From an uncultured virus (IMG/VR IMGVR_UViG_2061766007_000502) (taxonomy: Duplodnaviria > Heunggongvirae > Uroviricota > Caudoviricetes), in IMG/VR virus record IMGVR_UViG_2061766007_000502: 64,000 nucleotides of DNA, one strand, 5' to 3'. The first letter of the stretch is position 1; the number at the start of each line of letters is the position of its first letter. A program made the translations under genes and the position numbers. Below, piece after piece: positions 43,806 to 56,388 of this stretch. The notes beneath the pieces are model-generated. The model worked only from the letters and a program-made list of their open reading frames with translations. It did no database searches and was not told where the DNA came from.

Positions 43806-46800
43806 ATGCGAGAGAAACTATATTAGAAACTGCATGGTCTTCCTGGAGTTCCACAGGCAAAGGGAAATGATGGTGGAGATGGCACATAGGGAAATAATAT
43901 ATATTTCGGTAATATCAGCGATTTCTTCGAGAGTGTGGAAATGGACGTTGATAGTTTCGTGAGATATGCACAGAAGACTAATAAGATAGGACCATATTAT
44001 ACTGGTGTGTTCACCGATAATGGTTCGGATCAGGTGGATATTTCACCTAATGATTATATTAATGGTTCAATTGACGGTGTTGATTGTTCCACTCTTGATG
44101 TTAATCCAGATGCTAACAAGTTTCAGTATATCTATAATATTGAAAACTATAAAGGTATATACAATTATACCCAAGAGAGTAATCCCGATTCTGAGTATGA
44201 AGGCATGAACATGTCATATATGAAGATTGATGTCAGAAACAATGCTCCATTAGATAAGAATACTCCCATTCCGTGGATGAGAGTCGATAAGCATTTTATT
44301 GATGCTACTAATGGCGTAACAATTCCTGATGCTTCAATCGAAGATATTTATAGGGAAAGAACACAGCCGTATCCGTATCAGAATTATAAAGACATTTCAA
44401 CAGGCTATGACTTTATGCCGGGAAATAATAATGTCGGTAAGATAAACGGTTTTGAGTTGTTCAAGATTTCCGACAATGATAATGATTATACATATTCAAC
44501 GGATAATGAACGTTATGAAAGCACTCAATACGGTACATTTGATGAGTATGGCAGGAATTATAATCAATTATACAAGTTCTCGAATATAGATGATGTGAAT
44601 CTTTCACTTGCATAGTTAATCCAATTATTCAAAGAAGGCAGCAATTATGACAGGAGTCCTGTCAATTATGTCAAATACTATCCTAAAGTCATACAGAAAG
44701 TCTCTTTCACTGATAAGTTGAAGAGTAATATCAAGGCTGGTGACGTGATATATTTCTATACTGATCCGAACTCATTCGAGTATGATCCTGTTGTATAGTA
44801 TATGGTTGTCATCACAAAAGAACTTGAGCAGTGTGAACTTCAGGATTTGATAGATCATGCCACTATTACGGAGCCTTTCACTTTCAAGTATATTGATGAA
44901 TCTAATATCAAGAACCAGAACTATGTCACTACTACCAATAAAGTGACTGCAGTGTATTATGCCGGTACTGATGAACAGCCAAAGTACGGAAAGAATTTCT
45001 CCAATTTTATAACATACGGAAGTGACAGTATCTTAAATCTCGGTTCATTCAATGCAGTTTCATCTCAGAGCCATAGCAATATGATTCTGAGAACCGACAA
45101 CAATGAATTCATTATCGGTTATAGTGATTCATAGAACCAATTTACTCTAAGAGATATAGATTCTAATGCACTTTCTACTAACTATCTTCCTTTGAAAATA
45201 AGGAATCTGAAGGTAAAAAGACATAATGTCGGTAACATTGAGACTGCCGGCTGTTTCATTCCGAAGCATGTTAAGTTGTTCAGCGACTATTGCTATACAT
45301 TGACAGCAGAGAACTTCAATTCCAACAAGAATATGTTCTATTTGTCACCTGATGATATTGTGGATGATACTTCTTTTACAGACTATACCATTAATGTCAC
45401 TCATATCATTTATGATAAGTCGAAAGCAACTGACGGAACTTTCTATAACGAATCCGGCTATTCTATTATAAAGAAGTATGTATTCGTTCCAGATACTGAC
45501 TATTGGTATATAAATCTGACAGAAGAATATGGTGATGATACAGTACATATGATAATGCTTTCCGTATCAGAAAGTAATGATATGGCTCATTTCAGCAAGC
45601 ATACGATAGCGACATACGATGCAGAGACGAAGAATTATGACATAACTGTCCTTGAAGATGAAAATGAAATGGAGATTCCGGATGAAGACTATGATACAAA
45701 TATACTGTTTACACCACATGGTATATCATCTGATAAGATTGATAACAGTCATATAGACATTCTCATTCCGTATAATGTACTGAATGAAGAAGAAATTCTG
45801 CCGACAAATATACACATATATTTCAATTCAACAGAAATTTCTTCAACTACATCATATTAGAACTCATGGTTCGGAACAGATGGATTTACAACAGAAGATA
45901 ATAGAGTAGTACAGAACAATAAGCATTATTGGAAGATTGGTGTGAAATTCAATATGTCTGACAATATTCCTCAGATTCTATCAGGAACTAATATTTCAAC
46001 TGCAAATGACTATATGAAGAACGGCGGTGTTGATTCTGAATCAGATGGCTGTGAGTTGTTCAATGCTATTCTGGAAGGCAAATCAACTGTTACTAAGCAG
46101 AGAAGTGTTCTTGTTACGGTTAAGTACAACATAGGCACAAAAGAACATAAGGGTTATTACAAACTCGTTCAGCCGGGCTTTGCTGAAAGCAGAAAGATTC
46201 CGGTAGTCAATATGTCTATTGACAAGCAGTTGAATCAGCTTGAGAAAGCAAACAACATTGAAAACGGTGTTCTGTGTAATCAGGTTCAGTTCTTTGTCAA
46301 TGTCGATATATCAGACTTTGATGAGAATGTATGGGGTTCTATTGCATCTGATAATGATGTCACACTGAACTTTGATATTAAGAACTGTAAGACAGACTAT
46401 GACTTCATTGAGAAATACTCTATCGAGTCTGCTACTGAGACATATACATTGCATAGTTATAATGATATAGAAAATGATGATTTTGAAGATAAATCTACTC
46501 ATGAACCAATAAACTATTGCTCGATAAAGACTTATCTTGTTGATAATGACATTACCGATCCGTATAATATGAGTCAGAATGAACTTGATGAATCACATAT
46601 CAGCCTTATAAGAAATACTTTTGAGACAGATACAGATCATTCAGACACCGAAGATAATTGTGTATTGTCTAATGATGAACCGAATCCGCCTGCTACAAGC
46701 ATTGAAAGTGAAGATGGTCTTGTATTAAAAAAGGAATATATGACTTAGCTTTAGGGAATGTTTGATACACCATATACAAGAGATAGCGGTCTGAGAGATA

Positions 46801-48191
46801 ATATTACAATCAAGTTCCGTAATATAACATTTGAGAAAGCAAAGAAAGGCAGATTCAGGTTCCGTGTTGTTACTGAGATTGCTAATCCTGTTCTCAGCAG
46901 ACTATTCTTCAGATTTTATGTGTCAAATATGTGGATTTCTTATGGTGAACAGAAATTACATGTCGGTACAAGCAATCTCGCGTCAATCAAGCAGACCGGT
47001 CGTTTGACTACATATGAATATATGTATGCTACTGAAACTCTGAATATGTTCTTGTGTCCGGTTTCCATGACTGTTATTCCTGTAGATTATCAACCGGAAG
47101 AAAAACGGTCTGGTAGCGGTGAAGTTAAGATAACTGGTTCTGATGAACAGATTATGATAAAACTTGACAAGTATGTTCCTGAGATTGAGCATATAGATGA
47201 GTCTGAGAAAATGCAGAGATATGCTTCCAATATAATCCCATGGAATGAGTTTTCACTAAAGAAGAGATATTTTCAGGATAATGTCAAGAATATATCAGTT
47301 CAGCCTGTTCATATATATGAGTTGAAAGATAAAATCTCAAGACTTGATTGTCTGTTCCATGGAGAAACGAAATTGAGTAAGTTTGATTCTGTTGTAACAG
47401 ATAAGTCATATATGACAGTACTGTTCAATGCTCTGTACTATAATTGCAGAATGAGAGATGATGTTGCTTCTTTCTATTATAATGATGAGTTGTATAATGC
47501 AAATCAGTATGATCAATATGCAAAAAACAAACCGCTGTTTATAGGATAGTCATTTGATGTCAATGTCAGGGATACTATGCTCATTAAGTCTATTGATACA
47601 TGGAATCATTTATACAAGGCATCCGGACTGACAAACAAGTTCCTTGTTCTCGGCAATACAAGTATGTACGGAAACGGCTATGAGTATTTGCCGGACTCAT
47701 ATGACAAGGGACAGTTTACGGAAAAGGAAGCATACAGTCTTGCAAAGACACAGGAATTGAATGATGAGATGATGTTTGATAAGCCTGTTGTAGAATATGC
47801 ATATCAATTGGAAAACAGCTCTGATAATAATCCGGAGTTTGGAAAATATTTCAGAAAACTGCTTTATCAGATTGGCTGGAAATACCCAAGACACTATAAA
47901 GATGATAATTCAAAAGAGTTTATTGAAGCATTTGATATTGTAAACCCTATTGATTATATAAACAATAGCAGTTCAGAAAAGAAATATCCACACAATCTTG
48001 CATATTCAATAACTCCAAGATGTGCATATAACGATGAGGATGATACTGCAATAGTATTCATGTTGAGAACACCTTCAGTTAAAACAGAAAAGACATATAA
48101 GATGTCAGCAGAAGATTTTTATTTTGATACTAATGGAGATTATCAGAGCACATTGAAAAACAGTGATACTGTAGAGCCGATTACTGACTGA
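43806..48191 (+). CDS. Large putative structural protein (~1460 aa, TAG readthrough)
   Basis: Six same-frame ORFs joined by TAGs from ATG 43806; short collagen-like GNDGGDGTQG N-terminus; ends TGA. Confidence 0.7.
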
Positions 48192-48398
48192 TTTTGATTT
48201 TTGTTCTATGAAAATGAAAACTTGTCCAATCTATTTCTGTATAATTTACAGAAGAAGACAAGTTTTCATTTTTTTTATTATAAAACACAAGAGTGTAAGA
48301 TATTGAAATTTATTATTTTATAAAATTCTNNNNNNNNNNNNNNNNNNNNNNNNNNNNNNNNNNNNNNNNNNNNNNNNNNNNNNNTTTAAGATGTTTAT

Positions 48399-49007
48399 AT
48401 GAAATATTGTAAGTTATCAGATTATGCCAAGAAATTTGGTGTTACATATCGTACTGCATTTAACAGATATCGCGCAGGGACTATTGAAGGAGCAATCCGT
48501 GATTCTAACGGACACATATGCGTACCGATAGAATATATAGACGGACCTATTAGTAACACTGTGACTATATATGCATCTGTCAGTACAGGCAGCGATGAAG
48601 ATATGAAGAAACTTGATGAACAGGTTAAGACTCTGACAAGATATTGCAATTCTCGCGGTTATCATATAGAGAAGATTGTACGTGAAATCTCTCCGAGTAT
48701 TCACGGCGAGCGACCTAAGTTCATAGAGATTTTGAAGGATCGTAATATAAAGCATATAGTAGTAGAAAGACGAAGCAATATCATACGTTACGGATTTGAT
48801 TATTTAGAGACGGTACTGAAGACGGATCAGAGAGAGATTGAGGCTATGATTGACACAGAAGATCAAGAATTGCTTCTTAATGATTCTATCAAGTATATAT
48901 ATCTTATATGTAAAACTCTCGGCGGAAACCGCATACCAAAGAAATCAATCCGCGCTCTTCTTGATAAGTTGATTATCAATGCTAATACTAACTTGATTGA
49001 AGAGTAA
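48399..49007 (+). CDS. IS607-family TnpA-like protein (HTH + serine resolvase fold), degenerate active site
   Basis: KLSDYAKKFGVTYRTA HTH; TIYASVST, L..QV..L..YC, VVERRSNIIRYGF; no adjacent tnpB. Confidence 0.75.
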   Translation: MKYCKLSDYAKKFGVTYRTAFNRYRAGTIEGAIRDSNGHICVPIEYIDGPISNTVTIYASVSTGSDEDMKKLDEQVKTLTRYCNSRGYHIEKIVREISPSIHGERPKFIEILKDRNIKHIVVERRSNIIRYGFDYLETVLKTDQREIEAMIDTEDQELLLNDSIKYIYLICKTLGGNRIPKKSIRALLDKLIINANTNLIEE

Positions 49008-49187
49008 GTTAAATGTCATCAAATCAAGAAAGAAGAAAAGATTTACAATAAGTGCAATTCATATGTATATAATATTTTCTCTACATATGTTATTGCACTT
49101 TTATTTTAAGGAAAGTAACGTTTTCGAAGATAAATAATAAAATGAAGTTTATGGACTGTCATATTCTTCTTTATATTTTAATAATCA

Positions 49188-51014
49188 ATGGCTAAGAAAT
49201 ATATATTGAGAAATTTTAAGCCGGGTAAGAAAGAGCATAACAAAGTCAATACTCTTATAAATCTCTCTGCTCTCGGTCTTAACTCACAGTAGAGTATCCT
49301 GAAAAATTCTATTGCATTAGGTGCATCTGAAATGAGTCAATATGGTAGCAATTCTGCTCAGATGATGTATCCTTATGAGAATGATATGCAGGATCTTGAC
49401 TTCATTAAATACAAGGATATAACCAAGAACTCGTCTGAGTCATATGCATACTATGATTTGTCATATACACAGAGAGTTGAGTATCTGCGTATGTTCTCTC
49501 AACAGCAGACTATCAGTTTTGTACTTGATACGATTGCTGATGAAACGATAGTTCTTGATGAGAATAACTATTTTGCACATCTTGATATTGATAAACTCAA
49601 GATGAATATCAGTGCGGATAATGAGATGAGTGACAAACTCATTGAAATATGTGATAAAGCATTCAAGCGTGTGTATTCTATGTATGGTTGGGACAAATCG
49701 AACGGTGCATGGAATATGTTCAAGAAGTTCCTTATTGAAGGCTATCTTGCTTTTGAAATAATATATGACAATCTTGAAAATCCAAAATTGATAATAGGTT
49801 TCCGTTATCTTGATCCTGCTACACTTGAACCCGGTATTCAACTCGATTCTGATAATCGTGAAATAAAAGTGTGGTATCAGAACAAGGGTGATGCAGACGA
49901 GAGATGTATTCCTGATGTCAATGTCATATATATTTCATGGGAAGGCGGAATTCTCGGAGAGAGTTATTCACGTGTGTCTTATCTTGATGGTCTGACACGT
50001 TCATACAATATGCTGTCACAGCTTGAGAACTCACGTCTTATATGGAATATTCAGAATGCACAGAAGAGACTTAAAGTTCTTGTGCCTGTTGGTGATTTGC
50101 CTCCTGCTAAGGCAACTGCTCTGTTGAATCAGATAAAGGCAGATTGGAATGAAGAAACACATATTGATGATTTGTCCGGACAGCTTGTAGTAAACGGAAC
50201 ACCGCAATTTTCATTTACCAAGACTTATTTCTTTCCTCAGAGGACATCAGGTACAATGACTCTTGAAGAGATAGGTACAGAAGGATATGATATGTCATCA
50301 ATTGAGCCTTTGAAGTATTTCTGGAGAAGATTCATTCTTGAGAGTAAGGTTCCTGCTAACAGATTCATGCTTGATCCAAATGGAGATACTGCTCATCCAA
50401 TTGGCGGCGATGATGCAAGTATTACACGTGAAGAATATGCATTCAGCAGATTCATTAACAGAATACGTGCTATCTACAGAGAGATACTATTGAAGCCGAT
50501 ATGGATTCAGATTTGTCTGTATCTTCCTAATCTTGCCAAGTCTGAATACTTAAAACAGGCAATAGGCATTGTATTTAATGAGGAAAATGCATTTGTCAAA
50601 GCTAAAGAAAGGACTGCCACTAAACAGGGTATAGAAATGGTTAATTCGCTATATGCTTTGCGTGATGCACAGGATAAGCCTATATTCTCAATCAAGTTCC
50701 TTGTAGAGAAGTATCTTGAATTCACTGAAGATGATATCGCACTCAATGAGAAATATATGCAGCAAGAGATTCTTAATAAACTTGATGATGCTAAGAAAGC
50801 CAAAGAACACGCAGAGTATAATGCTAAGAACAATAATCAGACCGCTGCTCCGGGTGGTGGTGACGAAATGAGTGATTTCGGCGGTGCTCCTGGTATGGCT
50901 GACTTTGGCGGANNNNNNNNNNNNNNNNNNNNNNNNNNNNNNNNNNNNNNNNNNNNNNNNNNNNNNNNNNNNNNNNNNNNNNNNNNNNNNNNNNNNNNNN
51001 NNNTAATTTTATAA
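49188..51014 (+). CDS. Portal protein (T4 gp20-like)
   Basis: VPVGDLPPAKA, YFFPQR, LKYFWRRFILESKVPANRF, ITREEYAFSRFINRIR; 5' extension through one TAG; 3' end in Ns. Confidence 0.85.
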
Positions 51015-51084
51015 ACTTTCATAGTATCTGATATTAGAATCTAATTAACTGAATTGAACATTTTCAAATACATTATAAACCTTT

Positions 51085-51720
51085 ATGAAAAACTCTAAAA
51101 CTATGAAATATGGCACCGGTTGTACGCCTTCTGTCATGAATGGCACTGAGCATGTTGTTAATATAGACAGCAAGGTTGCACTTCCGGAATCATTCGATTG
51201 GATTGGCGCTATGCCTCCAGTCAGAAATCAGGGAATGACACAGACTTGTGTATGTCAGTCATTGACCGGTGTGCTTGACTTCCTTCATAATAGTGAACTC
51301 GGTGTTTCTGGTATATGCAATAATTACAGCATAGATGAGTTGTATAATTGCCGTTCAAACAAACCCGGAGATGGAATGTCTTTCAAAGAAGCACTTCATT
51401 ATCTGAGACATAATGGTCTCAGCGGACAGAAGATTAACGAATATGCAAAGATTACTGATGACAATGTTGCAAAGTACTCTATAGTAATGTTCGGTCCTAT
51501 TGTATGCGGATTGCCTGTATATAGCGGTAGTGACAGATGTTTCTGGATTAAAAATGGAAGATTTGAAGGTGGTCATGCAGTAACACTTGTCGGTTACAAC
51601 AAATATGGATTCATTATCCGTAATTCATGGGGTACTGGTTGGGCAGACAAAGGACATATCGTTATCCCTTATGATGAGTTCTCTAATTCATGCTTTGAAG
51701 CATGGACTATAACACTTTAA
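51085..51720 (+). CDS. Papain-like (C1) cysteine peptidase
   Basis: VRNQG...C, GGHAVTLVGY, IIRNSWG catalytic motifs. Confidence 0.85.
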   Translation: MKNSKTMKYGTGCTPSVMNGTEHVVNIDSKVALPESFDWIGAMPPVRNQGMTQTCVCQSLTGVLDFLHNSELGVSGICNNYSIDELYNCRSNKPGDGMSFKEALHYLRHNGLSGQKINEYAKITDDNVAKYSIVMFGPIVCGLPVYSGSDRCFWIKNGRFEGGHAVTLVGYNKYGFIIRNSWGTGWADKGHIVIPYDEFSNSCFEAWTITL

Positions 51721-51753
51721 ATTTGATAAATTAAAAAATATATTCTAAAAAGT

Positions 51754-54480
51754 ATGTCAACAAAAACGTATGATTATCTTGATGATTGGTCTGATGTCAA
51801 GAAAAAAGCATCGGAGATTGCTGAAGCTGTACAGAAAGATGCAGACAATAAATCTGTAACCAAAGATTTTGTAAATGAGAAGATTTCTGAGTACGAAGTG
51901 AAAGACAAGGAAGAGTCTGAAGCAGCATATGATGAAATCAATGACAGAATCACTCAAATCGTTGCAGGTGATGGTGAGTATTACACCAAGCAAGAGTCTG
52001 ATGCTAAGTATGCCGATGTGAATAATGTTTATACTAAAGCATAGGCTGACGAGAAGTTCCAGTTGAAAGGTGAAGGTGGTGGCGGTGACGCACCGGACCT
52101 TAGTGAGTATGCTAAGATTGCTGATGTTTCGGCAAACTTCCAGCCAAAGGGTGACTATCTCACAGATAGTGATATTGCTGGTAAGGCTAATGTAGATGAT
52201 GTTTACACAAAGACTGTCGCTGATGATAAATTTTTAACAAAGGATTATACACCGGACCTTAGTGAGTATGCTAAGATTGATGATGTTTCTGCTAATTATC
52301 AGAAGAAAGGTGACTACCTGACTTCAAATGATGTTTCTACTAAGGCAGATGCAGATGCAGTTTATACTAAGGATGAAGCAAATGCAAACTTCCAACCAAA
52401 GGGTGACTATCTTGTAGAGAGTGACATTGCAGACAAGGCAGATGCTTCCACTGTATATACAAAGAGTGAAGCAGATGCAAAGTATCTTACATCAAATGAT
52501 GTCTCTACAAAGGTAGAGAATGAAGACTTTAATGCATTGAAGAACAATATCTGGATTGGTGATTTGTCAACAGGTCTTTTCAAGACTGTATATGAGTCTG
52601 AGAATCACAGTGAGTCTATGATTTGGAATGAGACAACCGGCGGTGGTATTATGTATACAAACAAAGAGACTAATGTAAAGAGTTTTACTGGTGTAAATGA
52701 TGCTAATGACCCTAATCATGTATCTGTTCAGTTGTATGCAATTGACACAACTAATAATGTAAACAGAGGTCCTCGTATCAGTCTGACTAAGGATGGTGCA
52801 TACTATTCTACAGATATGACAAGAGTCACAGAAGAATACGAGATTGTTACTAAGATTGGTTTGAGTGACTATGCTAAGACTTCAGAAGTTGCTGATACAT
52901 ACCAGCCAAAGGGTGATTATCTGACAGAGCATCAGTCTCTTGAAGAGTATGCTAAGACAACGGATGTTTCTTCTGCACTTGACGAGAAAGCAGACGCAAA
53001 CGAGACTATTAATGCTCTTGAGTCAAAGGCAAATAACTCTGATTTGCTCATTGCTAAGTCTGAATGTGACATGTTGAAAGCAAGGATAGAGTACCTTGAA
53101 GAACTTATTGCTGAATATCTTCCAAGTGCTAAGTCCGAGATGATTAACGACGGCAAGATTGACGATTTGGATTCAAACAACACAGCAGTTGAAATCTTAG
53201 AGCCTATGAAGAGTGTACATATTCCTGAGGCAACTGTTGCATATACAGTCAATGTTCCTCTTGACGATGATTCTACTGTTGAGTTCACAAGTAACAAGTT
53301 GGCTTATATCAACAACACAAGTGAAGAACCGGTAAGTGTAACATTCACTCGTGATGTTCCCGAGTCTGAAAGTGCATCATCATCTAATGCTACTGTTTTT
53401 ACAACCGGTCAGTTTGATACAATTACATTGGAGAACCTTTCTGTTTCACAGAAGGATACAGAAACCAATACGGTCAAGAATGTTGTCATTACAGAGAATA
53501 ACCAGAAGACAGTTTCATTGACATTGAGTTTTGCAGACGGTGCTAAAATCACTAACGATTCTTCTTGTCCTGTGACTATTACGAATAAGACTGCTGTACC
53601 TGAGGATGCAGAGCCAATTAGTTCAACTATCGTTGCTCCATACAGCACAGTGACAGTTTCTGGTGGTCAGTTCAATGTTCTTGAGTCAACTGTAAGTGAT
53701 GATACACTTGTCATCAACAAGGCTGTACATATCAAGAAACTTGTAGTGAACAAGGGTAATGTAGTTGTCAAAGACTATACATTGGATGGTCATATTGATG
53801 AAATCGAATATGCTGATGCAGAAGCAGCATCAACTTATAGTGTTGAACCTTATACTGTCGATGTTTATACTAAGTCTGACTGGTCTAAGGCATCAAGCAC
53901 ACCGGGTGTCTATAATGTTAAGAATGATATTGTAACTACTAATAGAATTGCTCCAGGTCTCTTTGGAAGTTCAGCAAGAATCAAGCTCAACGGTAATACG
54001 GTTTCTTGTTCTGACTCAAACGGTGCATTCTTGCTCCGCGGTGATAGCCATTATATAATCGAGGATGGTACAATTGATGCAAGTGCTTACGGTATATGGC
54101 TCTCTGGTCCTGGTATAGTAGAACTCAAGAATGTGACAATTATCGCAAGTGCTCATGCTCTTTACATTGAAAAGCCAAACGGTCAGATCACAACTACCGG
54201 TAACTGCTACTTCAAGGTTTATGATGACGATAAGCGCTTTGTTGCTAACTATCTTGATGCTACATATACTGGAGGTTGGACGAACGGATTCCACTTCGGT
54301 GTCGGAACCAAGTTCGAGGACTTCGACCCTATGAATTCTATAGGTGAGCCTGGTGGTCCGGTTAATCTGCTTGACCCAGGTTACAAGACAGTTAAGACTA
54401 TCGAGGAAATCGACGGTGAGACACATGACATCTACACAGTTGTCCTTGATGAGACTATCGACCCAAACGAAGGTGAATGA
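51754..54480 (+). CDS. Fibre-like structural protein with DLSEYAK / YTKxEAD / QPKGDYL repeats
   Basis: Two ORFs joined by TAG at 52042; repeat-rich N-half, beta-rich C-half. Confidence 0.7.
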
Positions 54481-54568
54481 TAATCTATATTCTATGGTAA
54501 TGATATACTATTCTACAAAACGGATATGTATATCATTACCTGTTTAAAAAACAGAAAGATTAAAGAAA

Positions 54569-55276
54569 ATGAAACAAGCAGATATTTCACAGCAACTCGG
54601 TTCTTTAATAAACCAGACAAGCGGAATATACAATACCGTAGCAGCAGATGAAGAAATTCCATCTGAGCTTCAAGAACCAGATCCGCTGTTTGTTGTCAAA
54701 CATGACGATATAATGTCTTCATCAAGATCCGAAGCACTCGCAAGCATATAGTACATAGCAAAGTCGATAATACCGGTAGAATATATCAATGATGATATGA
54801 TTCAGAACAAGATGAAAATCGATGCAGTTTAGTTGGGCAATCTATACTATCAGCAGAAAATGACCAATATTATGTTACAGGCGGCGATGGATTAGGTAGC
54901 AAAGGGTGACACACAGCCGAGAATGTATGAAGTGGTGGATAAGTATCTGAAACGTGCTTAGGATATGTCTCAGCAAATCACTGATTTGCAGAATCAGTTC
55001 CGCAAATACTACATAGACTCTTATCTTGATATTGAATCAAAGAGAAATATGGATATGGAAGATACCAAACTTCTCGGCAGTAATGTTGTGCATAAACAAC
55101 AGGGACAACTCATGCAACAGGAACAAGTCATTGAAAATAAGAATACAATGTTGGTTACTGATGACGGTTCTGTCAGAGTAGCCAGCAGCAAGCAGTCTGT
55201 ACAGGAACTGAATAAACTGAAGATACAGAAAGCAAAGAAGATAAAAGAAGCAGAGTTTAAAGAAGTTGTGGAATAA
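54569..55276 (+). CDS. Hypothetical protein (two in-frame TAGs)
   Basis: 54569..54751 and 54965..55276 are in frame. Confidence 0.65.
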
Positions 55277-55299
55277 ATATAAAAAATATTTTTACAAAA

Positions 55300-56335
55300 A
55301 TGGCATTTAATATTGAATTACCTGAAAATCGAATAAAGAACGTTATATGTAGTGCAAATATTTCTGCTATGTATAAAGCGCTTGAGCCATATCTTACTGA
55401 TACATTCAGTGACAAAACTGGTAAATTGTCTGATTATGATATGTTTATGAAACATAATATAGATCGTAACCAAGTATATTTGCCAAAAAATATAGCAAAT
55501 GACGGTGGTTGTGTTGCCGCACCTTATCTGGTATCATATGGTTCGTTACAAGAAATCAAATTGACTGGCACAGGGCAGAGCGGCGTGACTGACATCCGTC
55601 TTGGCTCTCTCNNNNNNNNNNNNNNNNNNNNNNNNNNNNNNNNNNNNNNNNNNNNNNNNNNNNNNNNNNNNNNNNNNNNNNNNNNNNNNNNNNNNNNNNN
55701 NNNNNNNNNNNNNNNNNNNNNNNNNNNNNNNNNNNNNNNNNNNNNNNNNNNNNNNNNNNNNNNNNNNNNNNNNNNNNNNNNNNNNNNNNNNNNNNNNNNN
55801 NNNNNNNNNNNNNNNNNNNNNNNNNNNNNNNNNNNNNNNNNNNNNNNNNNNNNNNNNNNNNNNNNNNNNNNNNNNNNNNNNNNNNNNNNNNNNNNNNNNN
55901 NNNNNNNNNNNNNNNNNNNNNNNNNNNNNNNNNNNNNNNNNNNNNNNNNNNNNNNNNNNNNNNNNNNNNNNNNNNNNNNNNNNNNNNNNNNNNNNNNNNN
56001 NNNNNNNNNNNNNNNNNNNNNNNNNNNNNNNNNNNNNNNNNNNNNNNNNNNNNNNNNNNNNNNNNNNNNNNNNNNNNNNNNNNNNNNNNNNNNNNNNNNN
56101 NNNNNNNNNNNNNNNNNNNNNNNNNNNNNNNNNNNNNNNNNNNNNNNNNNNNNNNNNNNNNNNNNNNNNNNNNNNNNNNNNNNNNNNNNNNNNNNNNNNN
56201 NNNNNNNNNNNNNNNNNNNNNNNNNNNNNNNNNNNNNNNNNNNNNGTTAAGAATGGAATTTGCTCAGTAGTTACATATTATATTAATACTAATAGCGGTG
56301 ATGATGGCGGTGATGAGGAAGGCGGTGGTTTATAA
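55300..56335 (+). CDS. Hypothetical protein, mostly hidden by Ns
   Basis: N-terminal ~104 aa visible; probable C-terminus ...GGDEEGGGL-TAA. Confidence 0.4.
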
Positions 56336-56350
56336 TCAATCACAAATACA

Positions 56351-56387
56351 AAAAGAGAGAAGATTTTTAACTCTTCTCTCTTTTTTT
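56351..56387. terminator. Bidirectional terminator
   Basis: aaaagagagaaga / tcttctctcttttt between convergent genes. Confidence 0.75.
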
Positions 56388-56388
56388 A

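Noticed and set aside
31159..48191. Apparent pseudogenes or many small split genes
   Set aside because: The breaks are in-frame TAGs, explained by stop-codon reassignment.
48399..49007. Intact active IS607 element
   Set aside because: No tnpB, no recognisable ends, and catalytic motifs altered.
55612..56245. Long ORFs spanning N runs (also 8253-8509, 27856-28475)
   Set aside because: Artefacts of translating unknown bases.
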